Origin: an uncultured candidate division Zixibacteria bacterium
GTDB taxonomy: Bacteria; Zixibacteria; MSB-5A5; GN15; FEB-12
DNA length: 64,000 nucleotides
Direction of reading: 5' to 3'
NCBI GenBank assembly: GCA_963711085.1
Contig: CAVQCT010000002.1
Location: 1,746,005 to 1,810,004 of the forward strand
Both the position numbers and the translations under genes were made by a program. The notes under the pieces were generated by a model. That model had not been told where the DNA came from, did not search any database, and saw only the letters and a list, made by a program, of their open reading frames with translations. Positions 56,492 through 64,000 of this stretch are shown here, in pieces. The number at the start of each line of letters is the position of its first letter. The stretch's first letter is position 1.

Positions 56492-57256
56492 TCAGACCTC
56501 GGCGTGACGGTAATGGGGGGCGATGAATGAGAGCAGCCGGGTGCGGATATTGCGCGGATTGTCACCGGACTGAAGCGCGATCACCCCTTCCATGATAAGC
56601 TCCAGATGGGCGATTTCTTCTTCATGGCGGAGTTTCAGCTTGTCTGAGACCGGAAGGAAGAACAAGTTCGCGAGACCGACTCCCCAGAGGGTGGCGATAA
56701 AGGCGGCGGCGATGGCTGTCGCCATCTTGGCGGCATCCGAAGTATTCCCCAGGGTGTGGATCAGGCCGAGCACGGTACCCAGGATACCCATAGTAGGGGC
56801 GAAACCGCCTGCTTTCTGAAAGAAGCTGATTCCCTTCTTGTGCCGCTCTTCGATATACGCGATTTCCGTCTCCAGCACTTCCCGAAGCACGGTCACTTCG
56901 GTGCCATCGATCACGAGTTGCACAGCCTTGCGGAAGAACGGCTCGGAGATATCTTTAAGGTTGGATTCGAGACCGAGAATTCCTTCCCGTCTTGCTTTTT
57001 CGGAGAGCTTCACCAGTTCATCGATGGTGTCCTGCACTTTCCGTTCCCGACCGGAGAAGGCCAGGCGCAGATACGTGGGGACGCGCAGTACAGTCTGCAT
57101 CGAAGTAGTGACCATGGTGGCTCCGAGGGTTCCACCAATTACAATCGTCATCGGTCCGAGCAGGAAGACTGAATCAAGCTGTCCGCCCTCCATGACAAAT
57201 GAACTGGTGATGGCGCCAACCGCTACCAGCAGGCCAAGTATGGTTGCAAAATCCAT
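56492..57256 (-). CDS. motA: Stator protein MotA
   Basis: 254 aa, 4 TM. FAPTMGILGTVLGLI, ATLWGVGLANLFFLP. Confidence 0.9.
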   Translation of the reverse strand: MDFATILGLLVAVGAITSSFVMEGGQLDSVFLLGPMTIVIGGTLGATMVTTSMQTVLRVPTYLRLAFSGRERKVQDTIDELVKLSEKARREGILGLESNLKDISEPFFRKAVQLVIDGTEVTVLREVLETEIAYIEERHKKGISFFQKAGGFAPTMGILGTVLGLIHTLGNTSDAAKMATAIAAAFIATLWGVGLANLFFLPVSDKLKLRHEEEIAHLELIMEGVIALQSGDNPRNIRTRLLSFIAPHYRHAEV

Positions 57257-57398
57257 GTTTGTCTATCCGCGCATCGCGTTGAGGTTCGGTAATTTCGTTC
57301 CGTTGTGCTACAATACTTCCGTTGCCTTATGTATCGGCACATTCGTGACGAAATGAAGTTTTTTTGAACAGTTGTCCGTGCGCGGCGCGGAAAGCATG

Positions 57399-57424
57399 AA
57401 AAAGGGCGGATACGAAGTCCGCCC
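57399..57424 (-). terminator. Rho-independent terminator after the response-regulator gene
   Basis: Minus strand GGGCGGA-CUUCGUA-UCCGCCC followed by UUUUU, 26 nt after the stop at 57451. Confidence 0.7.
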
Positions 57425-57450
57425 TCAACGATAACTCGATGGCAAATGGC

Positions 57451-58803
57451 TCAGTTGGGTTCGCCGATATTGTACTCGGCGAGCTTGTTCCGAATGGTGC
57501 GGGTGGTGATCCCGAGCGCCTCGGCAGCTTTGGTCTTATTGCCGTTGAACTTTTCTAAGGTTTTGAGTATCAGATACTTACTCCCCTCTTCCAACTTCAT
57601 CGGTACTTTTAGTCCGTGGAGATTTTCGCCAATTGGCCCGAGCACCAGATCAACCGGGAAATCATCTTCGGTAAGCGTGGGTCCACCGGCGGTGACCACG
57701 GCCCGTTCGATGAGATTTTCAAGTTCGCGGACATTTCCCGGCCAGTGATATTTCATCAGCATATTGAGCGCGCCCTGATCGATCCCCATCACTTGCTTGC
57801 CGTTTTCCCTGTTGTACTTCTCGATAAAATGCTCCACCAGCAACGGGACGTCTTCGATCCGCTCGCGAAGCGGGCAAAGATGGATCGGGATGACGTTCAA
57901 GCGATAGAACAGATCCTCGCGGAAATTGCCTTCGGCGATATATTCTTTCAAGTTCCGGTTCGATGTCGCAATGATCCGGACGTCGATTGAAATCGTGGTA
58001 CTTGATCCGATTCGCTCAAACTCTCTTTCCTGGATGACGCGGAGCAGTTTGGACTGCAGATTGAGGGGCATCTCGGAGATTTCATCGAGCAGGAGTGTCC
58101 CACCGTCGGCCAGTTCGAACCTTCCGCGATTGGTCTTCTTAGCGTCGGTGAATGCACCCTTTTCGTATCCGAACAGTTCAGCCTCGACCAGATTCTCCGG
58201 CAAAGCGGCGCAGTTCAACTTGATAAAGGGACCTTCCTTGCGATTCGAACTGTAATGGACCGCTCGCGCAACCAGCTCTTTGCCCGTCCCGGATCCGCCG
58301 GTAATCATGACCGTGGACCGGGCATCGGCGACTGTTTGGATCCGTTCGAAGACCGTCTTCATCGCTTTGGATTTACCGACGATATTCTGGAATTTGTCCG
58401 CCAGATCCCGCCGCATGGCCTCGTTCTCCGCCCGGAGGTCGAGGAATTCAGTCACGCGCTTCAGTATGTGTTCGATCGTCTCGGGCAGAACCGGTTTGAG
58501 CAGAAAATCATAAGCTCCCAGCTTCACCGCTTTCACCGCCGTCTCGACCGTCCCGTAAGCGGTCATGATGATATACACGGTGTCGGCATTGATATTTTTC
58601 ACGTGTTGGAGAAGCTGAATGCCATCGATCTCTTTCATCTTGAGATCGGCGAGCACGATATCGAATTGCTTTTGCTTGATCAGAGCCAACGCTTCTTCGC
58701 CGGAGTAGACCGGCTGGCACTGGTATCCTGCTCGGACCAGTGTCTCGACGATATATTCGTTGACCAGCTTGTCGTCGTCTACCACCAATACCGAATACTT
58801 CAT
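57451..58803 (-). CDS. Sigma54-dependent response regulator (REC-AAA+-Fis HTH; FlbD/FleR/FlrC-like)
   Basis: Start MKYSVLVVDDD at 58803 overlaps the kinase stop (ATGA). Walker A GGSGTGKE, GAFTGA-variant EKGAFTDA, C-terminal HTH AAEALGITTRTIRNKL. Confidence 0.9.
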   Translation of the reverse strand: MKYSVLVVDDDKLVNEYIVETLVRAGYQCQPVYSGEEALALIKQKQFDIVLADLKMKEIDGIQLLQHVKNINADTVYIIMTAYGTVETAVKAVKLGAYDFLLKPVLPETIEHILKRVTEFLDLRAENEAMRRDLADKFQNIVGKSKAMKTVFERIQTVADARSTVMITGGSGTGKELVARAVHYSSNRKEGPFIKLNCAALPENLVEAELFGYEKGAFTDAKKTNRGRFELADGGTLLLDEISEMPLNLQSKLLRVIQEREFERIGSSTTISIDVRIIATSNRNLKEYIAEGNFREDLFYRLNVIPIHLCPLRERIEDVPLLVEHFIEKYNRENGKQVMGIDQGALNMLMKYHWPGNVRELENLIERAVVTAGGPTLTEDDFPVDLVLGPIGENLHGLKVPMKLEEGSKYLILKTLEKFNGNKTKAAEALGITTRTIRNKLAEYNIGEPN

Positions 58804-60146
58804 ATCTGTTGCTCCGCACATACAGTGTTTACGGGAATGGGCAGCAGCAGGTAGAACGCAGCTCCTGTACCCTCTGAGACATTCTCGACCTTGATTTCTC
58901 CGCCGTGGGCCTTCATGATCTTCCACGCTACCGCCAGTCCGAGGCCGGTGCCTTCACGTCGTGTGGTGTAGAACGGCGAGAAGATATGGTTGATGTGTTC
59001 GGCGTCGACTCCCGGACCGTTGTCGGTAATGACCGTTTCCATCACCGTTTCGTCCACGCCAAGCATCATTCGTTCGCCGTATTTCGCCAGCGCGGCCGCA
59101 CGAGGAAGCGTCCTCGTTTCGACAGTCACCGTACCCTCTTCCTTACAGGCATCCACAGCATTGGTCAGTATATTGAAGAAGATTTGTCTGAATAGCATCC
59201 GGTCGACGGAGATCTTCCCGCAAGATTCCGCGCCGGTCACATCATTGCCGAACTGAATCTCGAACCGGGCGAGTCGGGAAGCATTGTCGGTCTTGAACTG
59301 TTCGATGGTCGATTTGACGAAAGCTCGATAGTCGACATCGGAGCGGCTGATTTCTTCGGTGCGAGTATAGCTCAGCAGCGTCTCGACAGTATCATTGAGG
59401 CTCTTTACCCCTTTGATCATTTTGCCGACCAGCTCCTTCTTGCGGTCTCCCTCTTCGAGATCCCGATCGAGCAGTGAAGCAAACCCTCCGATCGCAGCGA
59501 GCGGATTGCGCACCTGATGGGCGATCGTTGCGGCCATCTCCCCCAGCGCCGCCAGGGTATTGAGTCGGGTAAGTTCCTTCTCCATCTTCTTCATCTTGGT
59601 CAGGTCGTGAAAGACTTCAACTGCACCGATAGAGATGCCCTCATGATCCTTGATGATGGCTGTCGAGACCGACAAATGCAGCCAACTACCGTCGTCAAGC
59701 TCGACCTTCTTCTCGACCGCATCGAATGATCGGCCGGTCTCTACCGACCGGAGCGCATTGGCATCCGACGGCTCGCCGGGGAGAATTACGTCCCGATAGT
59801 GCTTGCCCAACGGTTCCTGACGGGAGATTCCAAGAATGAGGGATGCGGCAGGATTGAAATGTGTGATCCGTCCGTTGCTGTCTACCGCGATGACTCCTGC
59901 GGTGATGGATTCCAGGACGCCGTTGAGAAATTCCGTTGCCTGGATGTTTTGAGCGGTGAGTGATACCAGCTTTCGATTGGCCCGAACGAGTTCTTCGTTT
60001 TGGGCGGAAAATTCGTCCTTGAGCTCTATGTATTTGCGCTGGAGCGAGTTGATGATACGGTTAAAGGACGCATAGGAGTCGGCGAATCTGCCGACTTCGG
60101 ACGTGCTTTCCTCTAACTCTGTAATAACTTTGCTATTGTCATCCAT
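58800..60146 (-). CDS. Cytoplasmic PAS sensor histidine kinase (FleS/FlrB-like)
   Basis: 448 aa, no TM. Coiled coil + PAS (GVIAVDSNGRITHFNPAA), H-box IAHQVRNPL, N/G boxes ITDNGPGV and GTGLGLAV. Confidence 0.85.
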   Translation of the reverse strand: MDDNSKVITELEESTSEVGRFADSYASFNRIINSLQRKYIELKDEFSAQNEELVRANRKLVSLTAQNIQATEFLNGVLESITAGVIAVDSNGRITHFNPAASLILGISRQEPLGKHYRDVILPGEPSDANALRSVETGRSFDAVEKKVELDDGSWLHLSVSTAIIKDHEGISIGAVEVFHDLTKMKKMEKELTRLNTLAALGEMAATIAHQVRNPLAAIGGFASLLDRDLEEGDRKKELVGKMIKGVKSLNDTVETLLSYTRTEEISRSDVDYRAFVKSTIEQFKTDNASRLARFEIQFGNDVTGAESCGKISVDRMLFRQIFFNILTNAVDACKEEGTVTVETRTLPRAAALAKYGERMMLGVDETVMETVITDNGPGVDAEHINHIFSPFYTTRREGTGLGLAVAWKIMKAHGGEIKVENVSEGTGAAFYLLLPIPVNTVCAEQQI

Positions 60147-60217
60147 GACATAAACCTTCAGTCCAATTGAAGGATTTTAGGACTAAGGGGGGTATAATTC
60201 AACAAAAACTTTTGGAG

Positions 60218-61330
60218 CTAGAAATAGCTGACGATTTCAGCGTAAATATCACCGATTGGTGAGATGTGATCGGCAATTTTGGCTTCCACGACCGCGCGGG
60301 GCATGCCGTAGACGACACAGGTCTCTTCGCTCTGGGCAATTATCACGCCACCCTTCTGTTTGAGCAGCTTAAGCCCTTCGGCGCCGTCACTACCCATCCC
60401 GGTGAGGATTACCCCAATCGTGGCGCCACCGAATTCGTTGGCAACTGAGGTCATCATAGCGTTCACGGACGGCTTGTACAAGGAATCGCGGGGTTCGTCG
60501 GTAATAACAATACGCCCCTTGCCAGCGTACTTCTTCGCAAGCATATGTCTTCCGCCGGGGGCAACATAGACCGTCCCCGCTTCGATCGGTTCGCCATCGT
60601 CCGCTTCTTTGACGGAGACCTGCGACAGGCCGTTCAACCGATCGGAGAGTGATTTGGTAAACATCGGCGGCATATGCTGTGCGACCAGCATGCCGACCGG
60701 AAGGTTGCGCGGAAGTTTGGGAATAATCGCCTGAAGGGCGGGCGGTCCGCCGGTCGAGCAGCCCAAGGCGATCAAACTTACGATGTGGTGCCGCTTGTGG
60801 ATAATTTTCGATGGAGCCTCGAACTCCTGGGCCTGCTTGACTACCTCGCGCGGGCGGATTCCGTCTTTGATCTGTGCGAACGTGCGGGTCCGGTACCGGG
60901 CCATCAACGTACTTTTCCTCCGGGCGATCTCCTTGATTTTGGCCAGAAGGTCATCTTTGATTTTGACGATATCCAGGCTGACGTAGGAAAGCTGCTTGGG
61001 GATGAAATCGACGGCACCGAGCTCAAGGGCGTCGAGCGTCGCTGTGGCCCCGTCGGTAGTCAATGAGGAAATCATCATGACCGGCACCGGGTTGGTGGTC
61101 ATGATCTGTCTGAGAGCCGCCAGGCCGTCCATCCGGGGCATCTCGATGTCCATCGTAACGAGATCCGGCTTCAGTCGGCGGACTTTCTCTACCCCCTCTT
61201 CGCCATCGCGGGCGGTGCCAATGACCTTGATTTGCGGGTCCGACTCAAGCATCATCGTCAGCGCTTTGCGCATGAAGGCGGAGTCGTCCACCACCAGCAC
61301 TCTTATCTGATCGGCAGGTTTGTCAACCAT
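60218..61330 (-). CDS. cheB: Chemotaxis methylesterase CheB
   Basis: 370 aa. REC (RVLVVDDSAFMR, DIEMPRMDG) + esterase (GCSTGGP, AQHMPP, GMGSDG). Confidence 0.95.
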   Translation of the reverse strand: MVDKPADQIRVLVVDDSAFMRKALTMMLESDPQIKVIGTARDGEEGVEKVRRLKPDLVTMDIEMPRMDGLAALRQIMTTNPVPVMMISSLTTDGATATLDALELGAVDFIPKQLSYVSLDIVKIKDDLLAKIKEIARRKSTLMARYRTRTFAQIKDGIRPREVVKQAQEFEAPSKIIHKRHHIVSLIALGCSTGGPPALQAIIPKLPRNLPVGMLVAQHMPPMFTKSLSDRLNGLSQVSVKEADDGEPIEAGTVYVAPGGRHMLAKKYAGKGRIVITDEPRDSLYKPSVNAMMTSVANEFGGATIGVILTGMGSDGAEGLKLLKQKGGVIIAQSEETCVVYGMPRAVVEAKIADHISPIGDIYAEIVSYF

Positions 61331-61346
61331 CTCTGTCCTATCCCGG

Positions 61347-63164
61347 TCAACTGATCCGTTTAGCGATACTGAATAATCCGATGAGGTCGACGATCAGGCG
61401 AATTCGTCCGTCTCCGAGAATCGTGGCGCCGGCGATACCCTCGGTGTTTCCAAGGTAGCTGCCCAGGGACTTGATCACGACTTCTTCCTGACCCAGGAAG
61501 CGATCGATCACCAGGCCAAGCTTCTTTTCGGCAAGGCCAATTACTACGATATACGGTTTCTCGGTAAGCACGAACCCACCCTGGTTCTGCCGGAGAATTT
61601 TGTTCAAATTTATCACCGGTATGATCTCATCACGGAGCCTGAAGACCGGTCGCTTGTTCAGGTAGTAGACGTCGGAGTGATCGGTTCTCACAGTCTCGTG
61701 TACTGATGAAAGCGGCAGTACGAAGACTTCATCATCGGACTCCACCAGCAGACCTTGAATTATCGCAAGAGTCAGCGGGAGTTTGATGCTGATGGAAGTC
61801 CCCTGTCCTCGTTCGGACTCCAGTTCGATCATTCCGTTCAGTTTCTCGATATTGGTCCGGACGACATCCATTCCCACACCGCGACCGGAGACATCGGTCA
61901 CGACTTTGGCCGTGGAAAATCCGGCTTCGAAAATGTAGTGATACACGTCTTTATCGGGCATCCGGTCAATTTCGGCTTTGGAAACCAGTCCACGCTCGAC
62001 TGCCTTGGCGCGAATCGCCTCGACATCGAACCCTCTTCCGTCATCCTCGATCAGGATGACGATGTTCGATCCCTCCTGACTCGCGGTCAGGCGAACGGTA
62101 CCGGATTCAGGCTTCCCGGCCGCCCGGCGTTGTTCGGGTGATTCGATGCCATGATCGCAGGAATTCCTGATAATATGAACCAGCGGATCGCCGATTTCTT
62201 CGATAACCGACTTATCGAGTTCGGTCGTTTCACCGGAGATCTCCAGTTCGATTTTTTTGCGGGCGTCACGGGCCAGATCCCGGACGAGACGAGGGAATTT
62301 GTTAAACACCTTGCCGATCGGCTGCATCCGCATCTTCATGACAGCGGTCTGCAGTTCGGTGGTGATCAAATTAACGGAATTGGCCGCCCGTCCGAGATCT
62401 TCGAGCTCAAACTGCCCTTCATGTTCCGTGACCAGCTTGTTTACCGTCTGCAGCAGGCTATTTCGGCCAAGGACCAGTTCGCCCATCATGTTCATGAGGG
62501 TGTCAAGCCGCTCAACATCGACACGAATCGTTTGATCGCCGGTCGGCTTTTTTGCTTTGGTCGCATTCCCCTTCGCTCCGGGATCCGATTCTGCTTTGGA
62601 GGCTGAGTCCGAAGCCGTGACGGCGACTTCCGTCACGGTCAGTTCGACCGCTTCTTCCTCTTCTATCGTCTCGTCTTCGATCGGTTTGACCCCGACCGGC
62701 TCGGGAGGCGCTTCGGCCGCCATACTTGCCTTGGGAGCCTCAGGAACCGCGCCGTCTCCTTCGAGTACAGCCGTCAGGCTGGCGATGATTTCCGTCAAAT
62801 CGGTCTCGGCGTCGGCGTGCGTGTCCCGTACGATTCCAAGCATCTCCTTCAGGATATCAAGTGATCTGAGCAGCAGATCCATGATATCGGCGGTCACCAC
62901 CATTTCCGCCTTGCGGAGTTTGTTGAGGATGTCTTCCATCCGGTGCGTAAGCGTAGTGATGTGCTCGAATCCGAGGAAGCTCGAAGTCCCCTTGATCGTA
63001 TGGGCAGCGCGGAAGATCTCGTTCAACAGATTAAGATCACCCGGGGTGGTCTCCAGTTTCACGAGATTGGTATCCAGCGAATTTATCAATTCATCCGATT
63101 CGACCAGGAAATCGTCGACGATTTCCTGCATTTCATCCAGTTCGAAATCTGCGTCGTTGCTCAT
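61347..63164 (-). CDS. cheA: Chemotaxis histidine kinase CheA
   Basis: 605 aa. Hpt FRAAHTIKGTS, HATPase (DDGRGFD, GRGVGMDVV), C-terminal CheW-like domain. Confidence 0.95.
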   Translation of the reverse strand: MSNDADFELDEMQEIVDDFLVESDELINSLDTNLVKLETTPGDLNLLNEIFRAAHTIKGTSSFLGFEHITTLTHRMEDILNKLRKAEMVVTADIMDLLLRSLDILKEMLGIVRDTHADAETDLTEIIASLTAVLEGDGAVPEAPKASMAAEAPPEPVGVKPIEDETIEEEEAVELTVTEVAVTASDSASKAESDPGAKGNATKAKKPTGDQTIRVDVERLDTLMNMMGELVLGRNSLLQTVNKLVTEHEGQFELEDLGRAANSVNLITTELQTAVMKMRMQPIGKVFNKFPRLVRDLARDARKKIELEISGETTELDKSVIEEIGDPLVHIIRNSCDHGIESPEQRRAAGKPESGTVRLTASQEGSNIVILIEDDGRGFDVEAIRAKAVERGLVSKAEIDRMPDKDVYHYIFEAGFSTAKVVTDVSGRGVGMDVVRTNIEKLNGMIELESERGQGTSISIKLPLTLAIIQGLLVESDDEVFVLPLSSVHETVRTDHSDVYYLNKRPVFRLRDEIIPVINLNKILRQNQGGFVLTEKPYIVVIGLAEKKLGLVIDRFLGQEEVVIKSLGSYLGNTEGIAGATILGDGRIRLIVDLIGLFSIAKRIS

Positions 63165-63189
63165 ATGTTTACAATTCCGGTGATGACCG

Positions 63190-63771
63190 TTATTTCTTGG
63201 AGAACAGGCTGTCTATATCCGATTGCTCCGTTTTCTTCTCGTACATGTCGGCGTGTGGATCAAAGGCCCGTTTCTTGCGCTTGGTCGTTGTCTCGGCCGG
63301 CTGCGCCCCGTGCAGATCGGTGAGGACCTTGGACAGCTTTGAATCCAGCTCCTCCAACAGGCTCATGGCATGGCTGATTTGCTGGGAAGTAATGTCCTGG
63401 AACTGCAGCGCATCCATAATCGTGTAGGCGTCGTTGCAGGTGGTGTTGGCTTTTTCGATCAAATCGTCGACCGTCTTCACGACTTCCGTCATATCGCCGG
63501 CCGTCACGTTTGCTTTGATGACACCAAGACCGTCGATAACTGCCTGCTCCCGCTGAGTGATTTGTTCCACGAGATCGAGCATCTGCTGCGTCGCAGCTTC
63601 GGTCTGCTCGCTGATCTTGTCGAGCTGACGGGTTGCTATCGGTACGTTCTGCTGCGACTCGATGAGGGGATTGCGGAGCCTCTTGTATCCTTCCACGATC
63701 TCGGTTATCGAGGCAGAGAGCTCAAGAATCTCCTTCTTGATCTTGTTCTGAATGATATCGCTTCCAGCCAT
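63190..63771 (-). CDS. cheZ: CheZ-like CheY-P phosphatase
   Basis: 193 aa, helical. MDALQFQDITSQQISHA matches the CheZ catalytic D-x3-Q box (E. coli QDFQDLTGQ). Confidence 0.65.
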   Translation of the reverse strand: MAGSDIIQNKIKKEILELSASITEIVEGYKRLRNPLIESQQNVPIATRQLDKISEQTEAATQQMLDLVEQITQREQAVIDGLGVIKANVTAGDMTEVVKTVDDLIEKANTTCNDAYTIMDALQFQDITSQQISHAMSLLEELDSKLSKVLTDLHGAQPAETTTKRKKRAFDPHADMYEKKTEQSDIDSLFSKK

Positions 63772-63793
63772 TTTATCTACTCCTTTAGACAGC

Positions 63794-64000
63794 TCAGCTG
63801 CCGAGAATTTGTTCGATTTTCTGTTTCAGCGTGTCCGGGGTGAATGGTTTGACGATGTAGTTGTTCACCCCGGCTTTCATGGCTTCGAGAATGTCGTCCT
63901 TCACCGAACGAGTCGTGACCATCAGGATCGGCATGTTCTTGAATTCGTCCGAGGATCTGAGGGTGGTCACCAGGGCCAGGCCGTCCATTTCCGGCATGTT
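63794..64000 (-). CDS. cheY: CheY-like response regulator (3' part; continues past the window end)
   Basis: MPEMDGLALV...MPILMVTT...NYIVKPFTP is REC beta3-alpha5. The ORF is open at 64000. Confidence 0.85.
   Translation of the reverse strand, partial: NMPEMDGLALVTTLRSSDEFKNMPILMVTTRSVKDDILEAMKAGVNNYIVKPFTPDTLKQKIEQILGS

Noticed and set aside
57331-57338. Sigma28-like -10 element (minus strand GCCGATAC) upstream of motA.
   Set aside because: The -10 is good, but the -35 at the required spacing is TTCA rather than TAAA. Too weak to call without a PWM score or TSS data.
58804-58926. N-terminal extensions in the ORF track: response regulator 58804..58926, thrS 25750..25797, flgF 27-39 nt, adhesin 14710..14763, fliH 51285..51383.
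   Set aside because: The extensions overlap upstream genes, promoters or terminators and translate to implausible sequence. Internal starts with an SD and canonical family N-termini are preferred.
1-64000. Searched for CRISPR arrays, IS elements, integrases, phage genes, toxin-antitoxin pairs and defence-system hallmarks.
   Set aside because: No direct-repeat/spacer arrays, no transposase/integrase/recombinase-like translations and no nuclease/ATPase defence-type ORFs were seen. Every sizeable ORF is accounted for by the three blocks described in the summary.

Overview
Bacterial chromosomal segment with about 60 tightly packed genes. All but one are on the minus strand. No rRNA, CRISPR array, transposase or integrase was seen. 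There are three blocks.

(1) 14..14763, surface/biofilm block. It holds an EPS export set (Wza-like, Wzz-like, a TPR protein, BY-kinase), a GGDEF cyclase and a partner-switching pair (STAS protein plus an RsbW-kinase/HAMP/PP2C fusion). It also holds a FadL/PorV-like barrel fused to TPR repeats, translationally coupled to a ~1.2-kaa adhesin with a T9SS/FlgD-Ig-type C-terminal domain.

(2) 15003..25908, housekeeping block: folD, ymdB, rny, zapA (plus a zapB-like ORF), pheT, pheS, rplT, rpmI, infC, thrS and tRNA-Val(GAC).

(3) 26083..64000, a ~38-kb motility supercluster:
- HDOD-flgM, a flgN/fliT-like gene, fliS, fliD and a giant flagellin.
- Two TPR-glycosyltransferases, then fliW, a giant flgL, an extended csrA, flgK, flgN and flgJIHAGF.
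- An orphan Cys-rich ORF, and a cohesin/dockerin-like gene that is the only plus-strand gene.
- fliJIHGFE, an orphan ORF, flgCB and motBA.
- A sigma54-type two-component system, then cheB, cheA, a cheZ-like gene and a partial cheY.

Regulatory signals readable by eye are two sigma54 promoters (flgB, flgF), a sigma28-like flagellin promoter with a long GGA-rich leader, and three hairpin terminators.

Three genes (flgJ, flgH, zapB-like) show apparent 1-nt frameshifts. The flgH/flgI rings imply a diderm. RNase Y, the T9SS-type CTD and the dockerin repeats suggest a non-proteobacterial, possibly FCB-related or candidate-phylum lineage. That lineage call is inference only. All product calls rest on motifs I recognise in the translations; no database search was run.
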